This document shows positions 42,501 to 48,463 of a DNA stretch of 48,463 nucleotides, in pieces. The DNA lies in NCBI RefSeq assembly GCF_001194135.2, contig NC_068998.1, forward strand, positions 49,242,651 through 49,291,113. Reading direction: 5' to 3'. Every line of letters starts with the position of its first letter. Position 1 is the stretch's first letter. The translations under genes were made by a program, and so were the position numbers. The notes below the pieces were generated by a model that ran no database searches, had not been told where the DNA came from, and saw only the letters and a program-made list of their open reading frames with translations. The stretch is from Octopus bimaculoides (Eukaryota).

Positions 42501-45135
42501 NNNNNNNNNNNNNNNNNNNNNNNNNNNNNNNNNNNNNNNNNNNNNNNNNNNNNNNNNNNNNNNNNNNNNNNNNNNNNNNNNNNNNNNNNNNNNNNNNNNN
42601 NNNNNNNNNNNNNNNNNNNNNNNNNNNNNNNNNNNNNNNNNNNNNNNNNNNNNNNNNNNNNNNNNNNNNNNNNNNNNNNNNNNNNNNNNNNNNNNNNNNN
42701 NNNNNNNNNNNNNNNNNNNNNNNNNNNNNNNNNNNNNNNNNNNNNNNNNNNNNNNNNNNNNNNNNNNNNNNNNNNNNNNNNNNNNNNNNNNNNNNNNNNN
42801 NNNNNATAATGCCGGTTTTTTATATTCTTTTATTTTTCAAAATAAACATAAGCAAAGTTCTTTCTTAATCTAAAATATACTCTCCCTCATTTTCTACAAT
42901 GGCTTTCCATCTACCTGGTAGACCTGTAAGGCCCCTCTTCCAAAATTCACCTGTCAGCGGCGAAAAATACTCCTCCAGTACTGTTCTGACCTCCTCTACA
43001 ATATTCATATTTTTTCTGTCTAAATGGTTTTGAATACTGTGGAATAAATGACAATCTGACGGAGCAATATCCGGCGAATATCGTGGGTGGGACATCGTCT
43101 TCCATTCAAACGGATCGCACCCTCTCCAACTTTTAGTACATACAATTGAAAAAACTGCATTATTTATGGGATGACCCAATATATTCATTTTCGTTTACAC
43201 AAATGAATTTAAAATAACTCACATGGAACAAGTGGTGGTTGCTCTACCAAATCTGTTACACACTGCAATGGTTCTTTTTTCACAAGGGGAGTGTGAGGTT
43301 TACTTATATTTATAATTAAATAGAATAATTAAAAGATGCAAATTTTGTTATTCAACAGTCAGACTTTTGGCTTATTTTAAAATGAAATTGGTTTAGTTTT
43401 ACTAGCATTGACCTTACGGATTGTTTCCTCCAAAAGGTCAATTTATGGGTAATATTCTATCTGCCACTGAGTTTACAATTTACCGCAGTGATGCGTTTTA
43501 TGAAAGAATTACGTCCTTGCGGAGTGATTTGAATGTCTCGTTTGTTGTTTGATAACTGCGTATTATATTTCGGTTATTTTACTTACAACAATGTATCACA
43601 TGGAAGGCGATTCTGACCGCTTAATAGACAAAATATTACAACATAAACAATATAATTAAAAACGTGATTGTTTGAACAGTACCTGAATGCATAAACAGTA
43701 CTTGAATGAATAATTTTCAACTGTATGTTTATATTTCAGATACTACTACAAGTTACACAATTGTTTCTTTCTTGTAAATCGCGACTGTATGACATATTTC
43801 GCATACTTGCACGTTCATAGGTGCTCGGTAAGATATTTGCATTTCTTAATTGTTATTTAGCAAAATTATGAGATACTGAATATAACCACTGCATTAATTA
43901 GTTTCTTTAATTTACGATTGTCCTACTACAACAATTTTGAAAAATGATTGTTTAAATGTAGCAAGTTTTTTTTTCTTTAAACAAAATGCAATATAGTATA
44001 ACATAGAACGCGCCGACGATGACAGAAGATGTTCAAACAGAAACGTGTCTTCTATTCCAGTAGTGCTCTATTATTTCTTTTAATATCTATGACCATTCAT
44101 AGAGTATCACTAGAATGATTTTTAATACGATCGTAGTATGAAAGTATCTGTTGAGGCGCAATGGTCCAGTGGTTAGGGCAGCGGACTTGCGGTCATAGGA
44201 CCGCGGTTTCGATTCCCAAACCAGGCGTTGTGAGTGTTTATTGAGCGAAAACACCTAAAGCTCCACAAGCTTCCGGTAGGGAATGGTGGCGAACTCTGCT
44301 GTACTCTTTCACCACAACTTTCTCTCACTCTTACTTTCTGTTTCTGTTGTGCCTGTAATTCAAAGGGTCAGCCTTGTCACACTGTGTCACGCTGAATATC
44401 CCCGAGAACTACGTTAAAGGTACACGTGTCTGTGGAATGCTCAGCCACTTGCACGTTAATTTTACGAGCAGGCTGTTCCGTTGATCAGATCAACTGGAAC
44501 CCTCGACGTTGTAAGCGACGGAGTGCCAACATGAAAGCCTCTATATTCAAATGACAACGATTAATTTCAAATTGGTATATTTCTTAAGATTTACCATTCG
44601 ATTTCCATGTAAATTTCCACAGTATATTAACATTTTGTTTTTAGTTTACAACGACAACGAAATCGAAAATGTCAGGTAAAGGAGTTGGAGTAAGTAACAC
44701 GTTTCTCGTTCCTTTGAATAACCAATGCATTTCTACAATTACTTCATTATGAATGATAATTCGTGTAATTCACTGTAATATTATTGAAACCTTGCTGCAG
44801 GACACGCAGTTGCAAATTTTCAGCACTGAATTTGTCTTCAATAACACTGACATAAACTTAACCCATACCGCCAGGCCTCCCATAATATAAACGTTATAAC
44901 TAATAAAAACATTACTTTATACTATGTCTGTAATTTCATTGTTATTTAGTTACAAGGAACTAATCTAAAATATTGATGCAATTTTATTAATAGTACTTCC
45001 GCACTAACGGAAATATTTGAGCTTACTTAACTTACATCAAATATTTGAATAACCATATTTTTCTTCCATTTCTAGGTGAAACGACTCTCATTATTCAGTA
45101 CTGCGGTTGTAACTCTATTACTCATGCATATATAA
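39501..45135 (+). CDS. Paralog F (exon 2 not visible, probably in gap 42056-42805)
   Basis: Exon 1 39501-39537 = MKYSAYILLHIF(G)|gtatgt. Exon 3 43740-43827 = YYYKLHNCFFLVNRDCMTYFAYLHVHRCS|gtaaga. Exon 4 44645-44689 = FTTTTKSKMSGKGVG|gtaagt. Exon 5 45076-45135 = VKRLSLFSTAVVTLLLMHI*. AATAAA at 45135. Confidence 0.8.
39873..39932. repeat. 9-bp tandem repeat (GTGTATAAA)n
   Basis: Direct reading. Confidence 0.85.
42862..43260 (-). mobile_element. Mariner transposase C-terminal fragment
   Basis: WKTMSHPRYSPDIAPSDCHLFHSIQNHLD...FWKRGLTGLPGRWKAIVENEGEYILD*, the mariner YSPDLAPxD motif. Confidence 0.88.
44150..44530 (+). mobile_element. Full-length tRNA-derived SINE, in intron 3 of paralog F
   Basis: Head GAGGCGCAATGGTCCAGTGGTTAGGG...GGTTTCGATTCCC. 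Imperfect 12-bp TSD atgaaagtatct/atgaaagcctct. Orientation is opposite to the copy in D. Confidence 0.85.
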
Positions 45136-45839
45136 ATAAATATTATGACAACACAAGTGTTTTTGTATATTATATTGAAGTAATTGTACACCGGCTAGTA
45201 CCTCAAATGTAGACTACTTATATTAAATAAAATCATTTTAAACATAGATGTCTGCTATTATATGCATGAAAATTGTCATATCTTGGAATGCATTACACAA
45301 TATTAGGTAAATAGTAACATTAGATTAAAATCTATTTTTGAACTTTCAACGATTTGCAACCATCTCGATGTTTATATGTTTATAAGATTCAAATCATATA
45401 TATATATATATATATATATANNNNNNNNNNNNATGCAGGTGCATTTGTTTAAAGCTCAGGAAAAAATAGAAAAGTCTTTTACGTTTCGAGCACACGCTCT
45501 TAAACACAAAAGGATAAACACATTTTTTAAATGGAGAAAGAGCGAAAGCAACAGAAAGAGAAAAACTGTGTAGAGTTCAACATGGCGGGATGAAGAAAAC
45601 TTCCTGGCTTTAAGGGTATCGCAGAAGGCTTGGTGAGAGACTCAATATTCCAAGTTCTTTTACAAGGATTAAATGAAATGAGCAACCACTGCAACAAGTA
45701 TATGAATATGAGAAATGCGCTGAATAAGTTCATAACTGATTCTTCTCGATTTTGTTTAAACGCAAGCTAGAAACTTTTCAGCAACCCTCATATTGTATCC
45801 ATACATATATTCATGCATATATGTACATCTATCTATCTC

Positions 45840-46040
45840 CGCCTATTTAAGACGACCTTCGGGCCGGGACCTATGGACAACTTCCAGAGATCCCTGGCCT
45901 GGCAGTGCTATCGAGAAGCTCTACCCGTTCGGGATAAACTCTACAGGCATGGCTCGAGAAACACGGGGCCGACCTGTCTGAGATGCGCGCGGAGCGACGA
46001 AACCGTTCTGCACGCACTCGTACAGTGTCCCACCATTTNN
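45840..46040 (+). mobile_element. Tx1/L1-like non-LTR retrotransposon C-terminal zinc-knuckle fragment
   Basis: LAWQCYREALPVRDKLYRHG...TCLRCARSDETVLHALVQCP (CxxC-x8-H-x4-C). Confidence 0.75.
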
Positions 46041-46719
46041 NNNNNNNNTGTGAATGACGGAGCCACCTTGAGCATAACACTATAAAGGAGTAAAAAATAT
46101 CCAGACAAAAAACAAAAAGGCAAAAAAGAATCACTTACTGTTATAGTTTCTGCAATGACAATATTGACCAAGGTTACCGTGGTCTTTTCCGTAGGCTTTT
46201 CTTTCCATGGCTAAACCTAAACTGTCCTCCCCTCTTTTTACACGAGAACATTACTGTGATACACGATCCCTATTTTTTCTTTTTTTTTCTCTCGGTCCCT
46301 TTTGATCGAACTCCCCCTTTTTTCTTTCCTACGATCCCTTTTGATCGACACCCACCCCTACTTTTTTTTCTCTTCCTTCCCCCTCCTAAAAAGAAAAGCT
46401 CTACATTGTATTCGTCCCATCTTTGTTGAGCCCTGTGTGGCTAATAAATGAAATGTATCTATCTGTTTGCCTATATATTTATCTATCTATTCGTCTATCT
46501 ATTTACATACACATACATGCACAAACACACACATACATATGTGTGTGTGTGTATTCATGCATTTTTAATAAATGTTGGATTAGAAATAACTCATTGGTTC
46601 CATCTTATCGAATACAAGCCTTCAAAGTGATGCTACAACATGGCGGCTGTCTAACTCCTGAAACAACTAAAATAGTATACATACATGGAAATATATATAT
46701 ATATAGAGAGAGAGAGTAG

Positions 46720-47070
46720 CTGTCCATAAGGAACAAATAAACCTCCCTCAATACCGTCAAATTCCACTCAGTGGCCACATAGACTCTTGCGCCAGAAACA
46801 AAAGCCCTAAATTCATTATATTCCCTTTCTATCAATGTAAAGAGAGAATCTCCACACAAGAAAGAATCAACAAGGATAATCTTTTCATAGAGAAATTCCA
46901 ACCATTTCTTAACACACACACCCCTCAGTGACCTTATTCCTCTATGAACAGACACAAACTTCCTGTTTGGAAAAAAAGAGTTCATAACTCCAACTAAAAA
47001 CACTTGTCTCCCCTTACACACACTTCCTGTTTTGACACCACATTTCCTGCTTAACACAAACTATTAACCC
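46720..47070 (-). mobile_element. Probable degenerate Tx1-like 3' fragment
   Basis: Minus strand LIVCVKQEMW...RGVCVKKW weakly resembles the C-terminal tail of the same clade. Confidence 0.35.
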
Positions 47071-47754
47071 TTTTTTTAAANNNNNNNNNNNNNNNNNNNN
47101 NNNNNNNNNNNNNNNNNNNNNNNNNNNNNNNNNNNNNNNNNNNNNNNNNNNNNNNNNNNNNNNNNNNNNNNNNNNNNNNNNNNNNNNNNNNNNNNNNNNN
47201 NNNNNNNNNNNNNNNNNNNNNNNNNNNNNNNNNNNNNNNNNNNNNNNNNNNNNNNNNNNNNNNNNNNNNNNNNNNNNNNNNNNNNNNNNNNNNNNNNNNN
47301 NNNNNNNNNNNNNNNNNNNNNNNNNNNNNNNNNNNNNNNNNNNNNNNNNNNNNNNNNNNNNNNNNNNNNNNNNNNNNNNNNNNNNNNNNNNNNNNNNNNN
47401 NNNNNNNNNNNNNNNNNNNNNNNNNNNNNNNNNNNNNNNNNNNNNNNNNNNNNNNNNNNNNNNNNNNNNNNNNNNNNNNNNNNNNNNNNNNNNNNNNNNN
47501 NNNNNNNNNNNNNNNNNNNNNNNNNNNNNNNNNNNNNNNNNNNNNNNNNNNNNNNNNNNNNNNNNNNNNNNNNNNNNNNNNNNNNNNNNNNNNNNNNNNN
47601 NNNNNNNNNNNNNNNNNNNNNNNNNNNNNNNNNNNNNNNNNNNNNNNNNNNNNNNNNNNNNNNNNNNNNNNNNNNNNNNNNNNNNNNNNNNNNNNNNNNN
47701 NNNNNNNNNNNNNNNNNNNNNNNNNNNNNNNNNNNNNNNNNNNNNNNNNNNNNN

Positions 47755-47819
<65 letters not shown>

Positions 47820-48463
47820 ATATAATTTAAAAAGGACCACTATTAAATAATTCAACAAAGAAGAACTCAACTCACACAAAACAAATGTATTACAAAAGCC
47901 TTTTTCAAAAAAAAAAAAATCAATAAAATACAAAAAGAATAACTAGTAAATGGTATAAAATCACTATGTATATACACAGAAACAAAAGATGGGGTCTCAG
48001 TTCACAGGTGATCTAAACGACTAGGTACGCTAGGTAAGTGCTGTAACGGATTACTAGGTCTTCAAGTCTATAGCTGAGACGGTAGTTATGGAGCCATTGC
48101 AGATTTCGGATAATTTTGAAAGAGGGCAATAAATGTTACGACACGCCAAACATTTCATATCATATATGAAATTGTTACTGGAAAAAAAAAAACTTTAAAA
48201 TCTGACAGCTGTTTCTGGCATAACCCAGAATATGGATATTCCGTTTTGCTGACAAATAGGGAAAATCTAAAAGGTAAAGATAAATGAAATGACGACATAT
48301 AGTACAGGAGTAAAGGAATAAGGAAATGCAAGAAGAGATGGAAAAGAAGCATAAAATTTCACAGTTCAAATTTCCGATCGTGTAGATATAAGTACATAAG
48401 TCCTTTGATGCCTGTACAAATTTACAAAATCAAGTAGGTTAAAGTCCTGATACATATATATAT

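Noticed and set aside
44150-44235. tRNA gene-like sequence (also 24100-24190 and 3290-3381)
   Set aside because: Heads of SINEs with body, tail and TSD; no intact cloverleaf.
45200-48463. A seventh paralog after F
   Set aside because: No CACATGTTAC/TATA promoter or signal exon is visible; one could still be hidden in gap 47081-47754 or lie beyond the window.

Overview
AT-rich, microsatellite- and SINE-dense eukaryotic genomic DNA with 11 N-gaps, most likely an octopod cephalopod (inferred from repeat content, not proven). The supplied ORF track is almost all microsatellite, gap or transposon noise and misses the main content. Reading splice signals by hand reveals a head-to-tail, + strand tandem array of six paralogous 5-exon genes (A-F, one per ~6-10 kb). 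Each encodes a ~110-125 aa protein: signal peptide, a ~55 aa aromatic-rich domain with C-x7-C-x12/13-C-x8-C-x7-C-x11-C and an invariant H-x3-C, a short S/T/P stalk, and a hydrophobic C-terminus typical of a GPI-anchor signal. I do not recognise the family. Mature-domain exons are much more divergent than neighbouring introns and signal exons. Several paralogs carry independent lesions or rescues in the anchor module. Also present: four minimal type I hammerhead ribozyme motifs in inverted Penelope-type terminal repeats, a 5S rRNA pseudogene, many tRNA-derived SINEs, and decayed Helitron, mariner, RTE, CR1, Tx1/L1 and Penelope fragments.
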